A stretch of DNA of 64,000 nucleotides, from contig CM060734.1 of NCBI GenBank assembly GCA_030704615.1, forward strand, positions 63,240,001-63,304,000, given 5' to 3'. A model generated the notes under the pieces. That model was not told the origin of the DNA and ran no database searches. It saw only the letters and a program-made list of their open reading frames with translations. Below, piece by piece: positions 39,511-50,297 of the stretch; positions within the stretch are counted from its first letter, which is position 1; each line of letters opens with the position of its first letter. This stretch comes from Takakia lepidozioides. Its lineage: Eukaryota > Plantae > Bryophyta. A program made the translations under genes and the position numbers.

Positions 39511-39900
39511 TCAGACTATACCTCTGTTAGTATACCAAACAAGAGCTTGTCCCTTTGACTATACCTCTGTTGAGGTATCACCATATGTGAACCCTAATGT
39601 GAGACTACACCTCTGTTAGTATACCAAACAGGAACTTGTCCATTTTACTATATCTCTATTGAGGTATCACCATATGTGAACCCTAATCAGCTCAGACTAT
39701 ACCTCTGTTAGTATACCAAACAGGAGCTTGTCCCTTTTACTATACCTCTATTGAGATATGACCATATGTGGACCCTAATCAGCTCAGACTATACCTCTGT
39801 TAGTATACCAAACAGAACCCTCATTTTCAGACTATATCTCTGTAAAAGTATCATCAACATAAGGGACCCTAACAACCTCAGACTATACCTCTGTTAAGGT
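39511..39900 (+). repeat. Tandem array in the LTR: ~92-bp dimeric unit with nine copies of the core (G/T)ACTATACCTCTGTT
   Basis: Cores at about 39514, 39557, 39603, 39646, 39695, 39738, 39787, 39830 and 39881, with alternating spacers (AGTATACCAAACA.. and GAGGTATCACCATATGTGAACCCTAAT). Confidence 0.9.
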
Positions 39901-42580
39901 ATCAACATTGAAAAGACTTGGTGAAATTTAATGGCCTTTGGAGGATTGTTTGGAAGATATTTGAGGGCCTTTGGAGGAGTGTTTAGAGGATCTTTGGGGT
40001 CCTTGGAGGAGTATTGGAGGACCCTTCGAGGAGCTTTGGTGGAGAATGTTGAAGAGCTCTTGAAGGATTGATTGAGGGATATTTGAAAGATACTTGCCAC
40101 GGCCATACAAGCGAGTGGATAGAGACAGGAAAGAGAGTGGTAAGATGAGAGCATTCTGGGGTTAGGAATCGCTTTAGTTTCTCTTCTCCATAGTCTTTCA
40201 CCATCTCCGTAGACCAAAACATTTCCGTAGGTGGAGGCAAGAGTCAATCCGGGTTTGGGCTGGGGTGTTCTTACAATAGCGACACTGTGGAGTGTTTTTG
40301 TCTACGTTAGAAACCTATTATTCCTGCTTGAATCAGTAGCCGCAACATGTTCTCTACCCGGTTACCTTGTGGAAAGTGAGGATTAGAGACAGGTTGACAA
40401 CCGGTTGGGTTGTAAGTTTTCATCACGGAGGTGCCACCAGTTGCTGAGGGGAGTGCTGGTACGAGCACCAGCGATACTAGTAGGTACACAAGACGAGGTG
40501 TGCGGTTTATGCCACTTTCACCTTCACTATCTTCTGAGGAAGGTTTAGACACGGAGTCAGGAGGATTCTCGCCGAGGGTGCAAGTCATTTCCGTACTATT
40601 TTTGTGGGACACGATGGAGGAGATGTATCGAGCTACCAAGGGGCCACGTAGGTACTCTGGAGTTGTGGGCACCATCGAACTTGATGACTTCATATAAGTA
40701 GTTTGACAGTTGGTGTGATTTGCAGCAAATGCGCAATCCACAACTGTTTACGCCTTTTATGGCGTGGAAGGGGCTATTCCAGCACCTTGAGGGGCCGCCC
40801 ATGGATGATTACCAGGAATTTAGGCGGGGACATGCGGTGAAGATTGAGGAGTGGCGAAAGTATTGGTCACCTAACTATGTCTCCATCACTAGAGGCACAA
40901 GGGCAGCGGCGACACCAGCAGTTACACAAACATCTCCAACTGCAAGCACTAGTAGTGGGACAAGTGGTACAGGAGCTGGGAAATCCACTCAAGCTCGTGC
41001 TGCAGCACCAGCACCCGTGCCTGCCTTAAACCCAGTTGTGGAGTTCTTCGAGGAGTTGATGAGAAACTACCAAGGGATAAGGACAGAGAAGTTGCGGAGC
41101 TTGCAAGAGTTCCAACGAAGGTCTACTGAGAGTTTGAGGGAGGCTTACACTCGCATGAGGCGCTTGATAAACGTAACCCAAGGGGTTACAGAAGCTCAGG
41201 CAGTCTAGTTCTGGTATAGGATCCTGGATATGGAGCTGAGGAGAGGGGTGCGGGATGCAACTCTCCGACAAGTGGACCAACCCACCTTAACAAATGTGTT
41301 TTTATTGGCAGAGCGGATAGAGCTCAATATGGTGGAGCAGCGAGTGGTTATGGTGGGGTTTGGCAAGGAGACACAACGAAGTGGGGCTTCTAGCCAACAA
41401 CAACCACTATCCCAACATAGCCACGAGTGTCATTGGGGAGAGTTGGTGTGGCTCGGGAAATGCCAGTGGGTGGTGGTGCAAAGGAAGGTGCAGCCAGTAC
41501 ATTGTTGGGGGCGGCTACGGCAGTTTGCCAAACTCCATTATTTTCTACAATGACCATTGCAATGTCGGGGATTCGGCCAGCTGCTGTATTCAAACTAGCA
41601 GCTAGACTCTGTGAGAGTAATGATGCATCGGCATTATCTACGGAGATAGCAGATAAGGTGTAGTCTATGGATGCTTTGGATTCGAGGGTGAAGTCAGCCA
41701 GAACTGCGTCATAGCAAGCGGCAGCTGCAAGGTTGCAGGAGTTGTCGGCTAGGCCAGCCATTGAGCGCAACATGGTGACTCTTGGGGTAGTCCTGGTGGA
41801 CATTCAGGATGGAGTGTTTCCATTGGTGGCCTAACCGGGAGGAGGTATAGGCCACTGCGGGTCTTCTTGGACTCGGGAGCACAGCCATTGATGTTGGGGA
41901 GAGCAGCAATTGCAGGCTTGGGCCTTACAGAGGCGGATTTGGAGTCTTGCCCTTTCCAAAGTCAAACATCTTTGGGCGGTTCAAAGAAGGCACGAGGGAT
42001 TACGCGCCATGAGCTCTTCATTCGATTGCAGTCAGATCATCCTACAGATGGCTCTGTCATGAGAGCTAAAGCCATTGTTACGGATGCAATGTCTTATGAT
42101 GTGCTTGTTGGTGGGGGTGTGTTATACCCAACGAGCTTTACTTTGGACTTTTGGGAGGAAACGACATCCTACAGGCCAGAATGGCAGTTAGGGGATGGTC
42201 AACGTGTACTGCTCCCATTGCGGTTTATTGGGAATGTAGCGGAGGATCATAGGAACATGATGCCCACATTGGCTGCATTCTCAGGGGTGGTGGCTTGGGG
42301 TGGTGAGCTCTTGGAGGGCAATAGCCATGTAGATGATAGGTCACCACTTGATGAGGATAAACAATTGGCATACAAGGCTGATTTGCTTCCTCATGTGTCT
42401 GTTCATATTCCACTGTGGGGTACAGTTGGGAATTTGCATTGAGTAGCATGCGAGTGTGTGCACCAAGCATGGCAGGAGGCCTATCCATTGGTGAGTGAGG
42501 GGAGTTCAGTGACATCACCTAGACCTCCTCAGTTAGCTCATTTGGACACAATGCCCATTACCTGGCAACCACCTGACTCA

Positions 42581-43520
42581 GGGATTTGTTTGCTAGACAT
42601 ATTTGGAGGCATGAGCACTGGGCTTGCAGGAGTGTTGCAAGCAGGGATTAAAGTATGCAAGTACTTGTGTGTGGAGAAGGATGAGATAGCTCGGCGTATT
42701 TCTATGCGCCACATCGCCTTGCTCACACACCGGTATCTTGAGTTGTTGCCTCTCTCAACAATTCAAGGGTATCAAAAGGCCTTGCCAGCAGACATTACCT
42801 TGCTGGGGGCGGATGATTTGGACCGGCATGGTGCCATTGACTTGGTGATAGCTGGATGGCCTTGCCAATGACACTCTCCCGCAGGTCATGGGAATGACTT
42901 GCATGATGCACGATTGCATTTGTTTTGGGAGATGTTGAGAGTGTTGTGTGACTTACAGATGAGGCAAGTGCAACCTCTAGCCTATATCTTGGAGAATGTT
43001 CCTCTTATGGGGGACTCTCGGGCTAGGGTTATGGCCAGTGTGCATCAGGTGCGGTCTTGGATTAGATCGGCGGTGTTATTGGATGCAGCAGCGGTGGGAT
43101 CATTAGCGCATCGACCTCGATTGTGGTGGACCAATCTTGCACCACCAGAGCTACTCAAGAGAGCATACGATTCCATTCAACGGCCACCCACTCTCAAAGT
43201 TGAGGGCATTTTGGACCAAGGGAGGCAACCATAGAGGGTACGACATGATGACCGTCCACCTCTAGCAGTGGTAAATCGAGTGGGGCAGCCACGTGCAGCC
43301 TTGCCTACGCTCATGAGCTTTCCCTCGTCTCATGTTTTTCGAGACAATGGTCCTGGGTTGATTTGGGACAGTGTGCTATAGCAACTGGTGGAGCCCAATG
43401 CGGATGAGCGAGAGCGGGCAATGGGATTTGCCTCGGCCACTACAGCTGTGCCAGCTCTATCAGAGGCATCACGACGCCAGATGTTGGGTCAGGCAATGGA
43501 TCTCAATTGCTTGACATGGG
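42581..43520 (+). pseudogene. C5-cytosine DNA methyltransferase domain (DNMT3/Dcm-like) within the retrotransposon pol
   Basis: Motif I LDIFGGMSTG, II VEKDE, IV IAGWPCQ, VI ILENVP, VIII AHRPRLWWTNL, IX ERERAMGF, X RRQMLGQAM. One reading frame shared with the protease, broken only by point stops at 42869, 43232 and 43379. Confidence 0.92.
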
Positions 43521-46500
43521 TTATTGGCTTGTGCATGGCTGAGCAACGGAGATTGCAAGCATTGGTGGCTATTTCTGCACTTCCATTGGATATTGCACCA
43601 TCTCTGCCAACCAGGAAGGTGGAGGCAGTGAGTGGGGGCGAGCACATGATCATGGGGTGCAAACACCCATGGTAGATGTGGGATGAGATGCGCAAAGAGA
43701 GAGTCATTGGATCTCTCAAGCAGCAGTATGAGGAGTGGGGAGAGCCATACATTGAGGATCAGTTGGAGGCCAAGGTGGCCAATGTTTTTGAAGAGGTTGA
43801 GAATGTTTTTTCCCCAGAGGATGTTCTGAAGGTGGCTATGGCGGAGCAAGTGGAGGCTACGCCACGGTCAGGGTAGGCGAATAAAGCCCAAGAGTTTGCT
43901 ACTAACAACCAAAGGATACATCTCCTATTTCCAAGCCTAGTGTACCCAAGGTTGCAGTCATTGAGGACAACTGGGAACCAGATGTTGGACCTACAGTCAC
44001 CAGAGAAGAGAAGCGGAGGATCCAACGATTTCTAAGGGCTTATAGAAATTGCTTTGCCTTCGGTTTGAAGGATTTGGGGAGTTTGAAGGGCCAGGAGATT
44101 TGTATTGATTTGGCAAGTGACACGCCAAATTTTCGAAGGCCCTACAGGTATAGTGATATGGAGAGGTCTTTGATCCAGTCACGGACTATGGAGTTGTTCG
44201 AAGCTGGATTGGTGGAGTTGTCAGGCGGGGAGTATGCCTCGGCAACAGTGATGTCAGCTAAGAAGGATATCTATGGCAATTGGACAGAAAGGAGGATGTG
44301 TGGGGACTACCATCCTGTGAACCGTCAGACTAAGTCCGATAGATATGTCATGCCAACTCCAGAGGAGATCTTTGATGTCATTGGGCATGCAAAGGTGTTT
44401 AGCACATTGGACTTGCGATCCGGTTACCACCAGTTGCCAATCAAAGAGGCTGACAAGCAAAAGACGGCATTCTGCGGGATTGACCAACATGGGAATGATT
44501 GCTTGTACCAATGGCGGTTCCTACCGTTTGGGTTGAAGAATGCTCCTGCAGAGTTTCAGAGGGTCATGGATAGGATTCTTGCGGGGCTAGACTTCGTCCG
44601 GTGCTACATTGATGACATCATTATCTTTAGTGCTACGATTGAGGAGCATGAGAAACACCTTCAGATGGTGTTTGAACGTTTGAGAGCGCATGGGTTGAAA
44701 TTGCACCCTGGGAAGTGCAAGTTCTTCCACAACTAGATTGAGTATCTGGGCCACATGATATACCCTGGAGGATTGGGTGTTCAAAAGACGAAGGTGGAGG
44801 CCATTGCACGCATTCCACGCCCCATCGATATTAGCAGAGTTCGTGCTTTCATGGGGTTGGCAAACTACTATTGACGGTTTGTCAAGGGATTTAGTAGCAT
44901 TGCAAAGGCTCTTACCAAGTTGACCAAGGCGGGTCAGGAGTGGCAGTGGGAGGAGGAGCAGGAAAAAGCCTTTGAAGAACTTAAGGCTCGATTAACTTCT
45001 GCGCCTATTCTGAGGCGGCCTATTCGGGGGCGGTCTTTCCAGCTACATACAGATTGGAGTATGCTGGGGATTAGAGCAGTGCTCACATAGGTGGATGATG
45101 AGGGAAGAGAGTTCGTAGTAGCATATGCTAGCCGCTCGAACAATGATGCCGAGGCAAAATATAGTTCCTATGAAGGGGAGAGTCTAGCTGCAGTATGGGC
45201 AGTGGCACATTTTAGATGCTACCTCTACGACAATCTCTTCACCCTTGTCACGGATCACCAGCCATTGAAGTGGTTGATGGAGTCAGACAAGCTTACATGG
45301 AAGCTTGCACGGTGGGCACTTATGCTTCAAGAGTACGACTTCCAGGTGGTGCATCGAGCCAGAATAGTCAACCAGGATGCAGATGGATTGAGTTGCAATC
45401 CATGCACAAGTGAGCTTGATGATTCAGGAGCTCATTAGCATGGTGAGACGGACGAGGAGATGGTGCCAGGATGGCACGCATCTGCCTTTTTATGCAGCGA
45501 TGGGAGCTCAAGCTGGTCCATCCAATGTAATTGGTCATAGAGATAGTGTGCATGACAATCCAAAGATCAGTGATGAGCTTGGTGGTGCTAAGGATGTACA
45601 TGAAGATGTAGCAGTGTTGGCCTACCTTCGTACGAGAGAGACAACAGCCAGTATGACTGCTAAGAAGAGAGATCGGATCCTACAACGAGCCAAGAGGTTC
45701 AAATGGGAGGGGACTTACATACTCCGAGTATGGGAGGATGGATGAGTGAGGATTGTGCCTCATCCAACACAACAAACGCGATTGGTACGCCATGCCCATG
45801 AGGAGTTGGGACATTTTGGGGTGCAGCGCACTCATAGTTTGCTGCAAGGACAGTATTGGTGGCGGGGCATGCACACGGATGTGCAACAATTACTGGCAAG
45901 ATGCATGGTGTGTGATAGAGTGCGGGCTTCTTTCAACGCCCCTACTCTACAATTACATCCTTTACCCATTATGGGTTTGGGCTATCGTTGGAGTCTTGAC
46001 TTCGCAGGCCCATTGCCACTAATGATTCGCCATAACAAATATGTGCTAGTGATGGTGGAACATTTCTCCAAATGGATTGAACTGGTGGCATTGCCTGACA
46101 AGGCAAGTGAGGGGGCTGCGTATGCATTCTTAGATCGAGTGCTTAGTCAATTTGGTGCTCCAGCCGAGGTACTCACGGACCAAGGGAGAGAGTTCTTGGA
46201 GGAGTTTTCAGGCTTTGTGTGAGCAAACCTTGATAGATCACCGCACTACTTATCGGGATTATCTCGAGGCTGATGGCTTGGCTGAGAGGGTTGTGCAAAT
46301 AGGCAAGCGAGGCTTGCGTAAATATGGCTTGCAGAAGGGACACTTGGGAGATTGGGACCTTCATCTACCTTGGTTGGCCATGGGTTACAGGTTTAGCATG
46401 CAAGCATCACTTGCCTTGTTCTCGCCTTATTTCCTTCTCTTTGGCCGAGAGCCAGATTTGCCTGCATCTATTCGTAGGGAGACTGCAGTATTCTTCAACC

Positions 46501-46889
46501 TTGATGATCCGGATGTGTGGACACAAGCATGTGCCCAACGGGTAGAGTTGTTCAAGAGAGTCATGCCTATGGCTTTTGATAACCTTACTATTGCCCAACA
46601 CCGAGACACATTGAGATACGCCACTATACGTGGAGGGGGATATCGGCCAGGTGTTCGGCGTTTCCATCTTGGGGACTATGTGTATCTGCAGCAGATAGCG
46701 CATACGACTTTGGATGTCACAGCAGGTCGTGTGATTCTAAGGGCCCGGGAGGTGTTGCCTTCAGGAGTGTAAATTGGAGGGTCGAGATGACATGGTATGG
46801 AAGGACCGCACAATTGTGCGCCATGTCACCTTCCACATATGGATGGGAGGATAGATCCCAACCTTGCAGTGGTACTTGTAGGGTTGCGT

Positions 46890-47025
46890 TGCATGCTATG
46901 TGGGTATGCTGGTGGTGTCGCGACCATGTTGGTGTATGACAAATGTTGAAGGGGGTGGCACATGGGATGCTTGACACCGCCACTTGAGGAGGTTCCCAGT
47001 GGAGAATGATTGTGTCCACGATGCC
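46890..47025 (+). other. PHD finger at the integrase C-terminus (decayed)
   Basis: CMLC...MLVYDKC*RGWHMGCLTPPLEEVPSGE*LCPRC matches a Cys4-His-Cys3 pattern with the typical P.L..VP.G.W.C..C signature. Confidence 0.85.
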
Positions 47026-48269
47026 TTGGACAGAGGTAGTGGGGCATGATAGTGGCGAGGTTGGCAAGTGATCCAAGGTCTAGCTAAGGAGTTCAATGAC
47101 ATGGACACCCAATTGAAGCCATGGATTGCAGGAAGGCAAGTAACGATGGGGCTACTTTTGCACCCGACCTCTTAATCTATTGACTTCAGATAGTAGGACT
47201 TGGGCGATTGATGACCAAACGATGATCTTATTGGGATGGATACTTGTTAGCTATCTGGTGTTAGAGGGACCTAATCACCGGCTAGGGGGGCGATTGTGGT
47301 ATAGTTTTCTAGGATTGTGTGCTTAGATTGTGTGGTGGACAGCGATGTATGTTGTGGTACGATGCTTAGGTGCACGACAGCTGTCATGGTTTTAGTCATG
47401 GTTATCTATAATTACCTACTTCTAGTTAACTATGACATTTTAGATATTTATATTTATATTTTGTGTGTTGGGATTTCATTGGGTCTCACATGCCAAGTGA
47501 GGTGTCGAGCCTCACTTGGGACATGGGGATAGGTTTTCCCCTTGTGAGGTATACCCTATTTTTCTGAAGGGTATATGCTAAAATGAAAGGTATGTCTAAT
47601 CAGGGTATATAAGGTAACATACTGCAAATTTTCTCCCTGCCTTGCTTCATCAGCCAATACTTTGATGCTGGACAAATGAGCAGTGCCACAGCTTGGTGAC
47701 AGTGAATATTATTCAGGTTTACTTTGCACTCGCCATTTTGATGGCTAACGTCACTCTTGACACCAAGCCGATGGGTTTATATCTAGTGCCGTCTGCAATA
47801 GTGAGCTGGAGCCACACTCACTGCTGCCGGGTGTAATTGATTAGTATGAAAATGACAAAAAAAATTAAGCAACCTTTAAACGAAAGGGATCGTTCGAAAA
47901 GGGGCTGAACGATCGAAAAATCAGAAACCCTGTCAAACATGAACTTATGGTCTCTGCACGGTGTTTTGAAATTGGCTCCACCAACTATAATGCTCCAGGG
48001 AACCCACCCTAAATTACCTCATACATGTTCCTTGTAAATGGTGGCCCCCCTATGAGATCCTGCGGTTGTGCTCTGCCAAGAGTGTGACGATCTGAAGGCC
48101 TGAAACTGACTATGCTTGTCATTGCATCCACGAGCATCGTTGCTAATGTAACTAACTTAGTGGTGACCAATATACTTGATGTCGTGCACCTAAGCATCGT
48201 GCCACAACATACATCGCTGTCCACCACACAATCTAAGCACACAATCCTAGAAAGCTATACCACAATGAT

Positions 48270-48592
48270 AAGAGTGTACTCATAAGATGTTGTTTGCCGT
48301 AGCCTTGTGGCCATTGACCCCGCGCCCAGTTTGAGCGGGAACAAAAGGAACAGAACCTACCTCTGTCAGGGGCTGACGTTGGTAGTAAGACTTACCTTCA
48401 TATAAAGAATTAATCCGGGTTTTCCAGATATCCTCTAGAAATCCCTTCATACAAGCATCAATCTGATGTGTGTGATTTGCCCAAAAACTAGGCCTCAGGA
48501 GGGCCTGGGCTTTTGGCTCAGCCTCGAGACTTTCAAAGTTGGTAAACAGGGGTACAGGCACAATTCCCTTGATAGAGTTGAAGAGAGCGTCT
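48270..48592 (-). mobile_element. Fifth 3'-end fragment of the TC-tailed non-LTR element seen at 28.0-29.3 kb
   Basis: [21 protein letters not shown]...[20 protein letters not shown]...GHKATANNIL, near-identical to the intron copies. Confidence 0.85.
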
Positions 48593-48889
48593 CTTGAGAG
48601 AAGTGGAAGACAATGAAAACTCTCAAAGCATGAAGCAATCACACTAAGAACAAACCCTAGTCTTTCCAAGTGAAATCCACTCTATCACATAAACTAAGTC
48701 AAGCCAAGGGCACCCTTGCTAAGGGAATCCATCCTACAAAGCCCTCAACACACTCCCTCTCAATACCTAGAGCTATGGAGGTGAGAGAAGCTCATGGAGG
48801 CTCAACTGCAAGATGATGAGCCTCCTCCAACATGTTACTAAAGATACATCAGTGGAAAATTCCTTTACTTGGCAAAAACAGTGAAGCTC

Positions 48890-49160
48890 CACTGGCCATA
48901 CCCAGTAATACTACCTTGCTGTGTAGCCCTCTGCTTACTCACAGAAAATTGTTCCTGCAGGATTAACATTTCTCAGTCCACAGGGGAGATAGATAGAGGT
49001 TGAGGGATGAAAAAGACGTATGCTGCAAAAGCACTGCTTAGTCGCTTTAGGTACTCTTGATCCAGGGTTCAGAGGTGAGGTTCGTTTGTTGGTCCTAAAA
49101 ATCCACAAAGGATACCAATCAGAAATTGCAAAGGGCAGGTAATTGCCACGTTATCTGCTC
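48890..49160 (+). pseudogene. Possible degenerate dUTPase-like fragment, probably from a retroelement
   Basis: KHCLVALGTLDPGFRGEVRLLV...EIAK/GQVIATL resembles dUTPase motifs III (G.IDxxYRGE) and IV. Frameshifted. Confidence 0.35.
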
Positions 49161-50297
49161 TACATAACACAAGTCTATTGGATGACCTTGTAGACTAGTT
49201 GGTCATGCTTGCCAGCACTGTGCCAATTCCCTTCCTTGGAGAGTTATCCTGGTCTCAGTGAGGAAGACAGGACGGACATCTCTAGTGGACCAAGAATCTG
49301 GCTTCACAAGCCCGTTTTAGTCAAAAAGGAGTGCCCACAGTGTATGGAGCATCCTGTTGAGTCTGAGAGAGGGTGACCATCTGCCCAGTGAGTACCCAAG
49401 AACTGTTTTGGGGGTGGAAGAAATAGACATGGTGGGAGCCAGCAATAGGGAGGTAGGAACAGGAGCGTAGAGCGATGTACAAGAGCTACGGGAGTAAGAC
49501 TTGTGACCAGCCTTCTAAAGAATCCACACCAGCGCTGAGAGGGTATATAAAAAGGACCGGAGGGCTCTGCTCTTGGTGGGCTTTCCCACCTCCAACTTAC
49601 TTTTTCCTAGCTAAACAGCACGCAGGGCCACCACTAAAAAATGGCGTCAAACAGGTACCAGCCGTAACTACATACTAGCTCAATAAGTTTCTAGGATACT
49701 ATACATGTTAAGGACTGTGATCTGGTCATTAAGAACCAAGACTACCTCTGTTTAAAAGGCGTTTATTTTAAGAAGGCCTGTTTTTGGATTAGTCTCATTT
49801 CTGCGTGTGGATATTCCACAATGTAACTTTACTAGCTAAAAATACTTCGACATGAACTTGACTTGTTTTGGAGGGAACCCTCTGTTAAGTTACTTTAGAA
49901 ACCAACCCAGACCATGCCAGAAAAACATGCTGTAAATTAGAATACTAATATACCATATAAAATGAGGGTGGCAGTTAAACTAGACTTACTGAACACTAAA
50001 GCTCGTGTCCAGCGGACTTCCTGAGTCAGAAGTGAAGTTAATACCTCCTGAGCTTTCTAGTTCTCCCTACGCTAAGGGCAATTTTGGGTTGCCTTTCTAC
50101 CTATGCTGGGTATACTCCACTATCGGCTCTTGGAGGGTTGATATGCCAGAGGAAATGTCTTCACCCAGTACATCCGACCCAATATTCTCAGGAAATGGTG
50201 GATAAACCAAGGAAATGCCAGGAAATGGTGGATGAACTGAGTAGCTACGTAGATCAATGAATGAAGAAAGCTCACCACTTCCCAGGAAAACGTCGTT

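Larger units (their letters stand above)
38218..48829 (+). mobile_element. Ty3/Gypsy LTR retrotransposon carrying a C5 DNA methyltransferase and a PHD-integrase; decayed and rearranged
   Basis: LTR-like block 38218-40275 ending TTACA, then a PBS-like T(A/G)GCGACACTGTGG; gag ~40430-41400; protease LLDSGA ~41864; DNMT 42581-43520; RT (LDLRSGYHQ, PFGLKNAP, YIDD) 44065-44900; RNase H 45040-45400; integrase 45746-46770; PHD 46890-47025; PPT AGGGGGG at 47284. LTR copy 47295-47549 has 5 mismatches in 168 bp versus 38218-38385. Further LTR pieces lie inverted at 48180-48264 and ~48690-48829. Confidence 0.93.

Noticed and set aside
39511-39900. CRISPR-like repeat-spacer appearance
   Set aside because: Spacers are repeated, it lies in a eukaryotic LTR, and there are no cas genes.
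42458-43675. DNMT as a host gene or bacterial contaminant
   Set aside because: Intronless, in frame with the retroviral protease, enclosed by gag/RT/integrase and LTRs, and decayed like the rest of the element.
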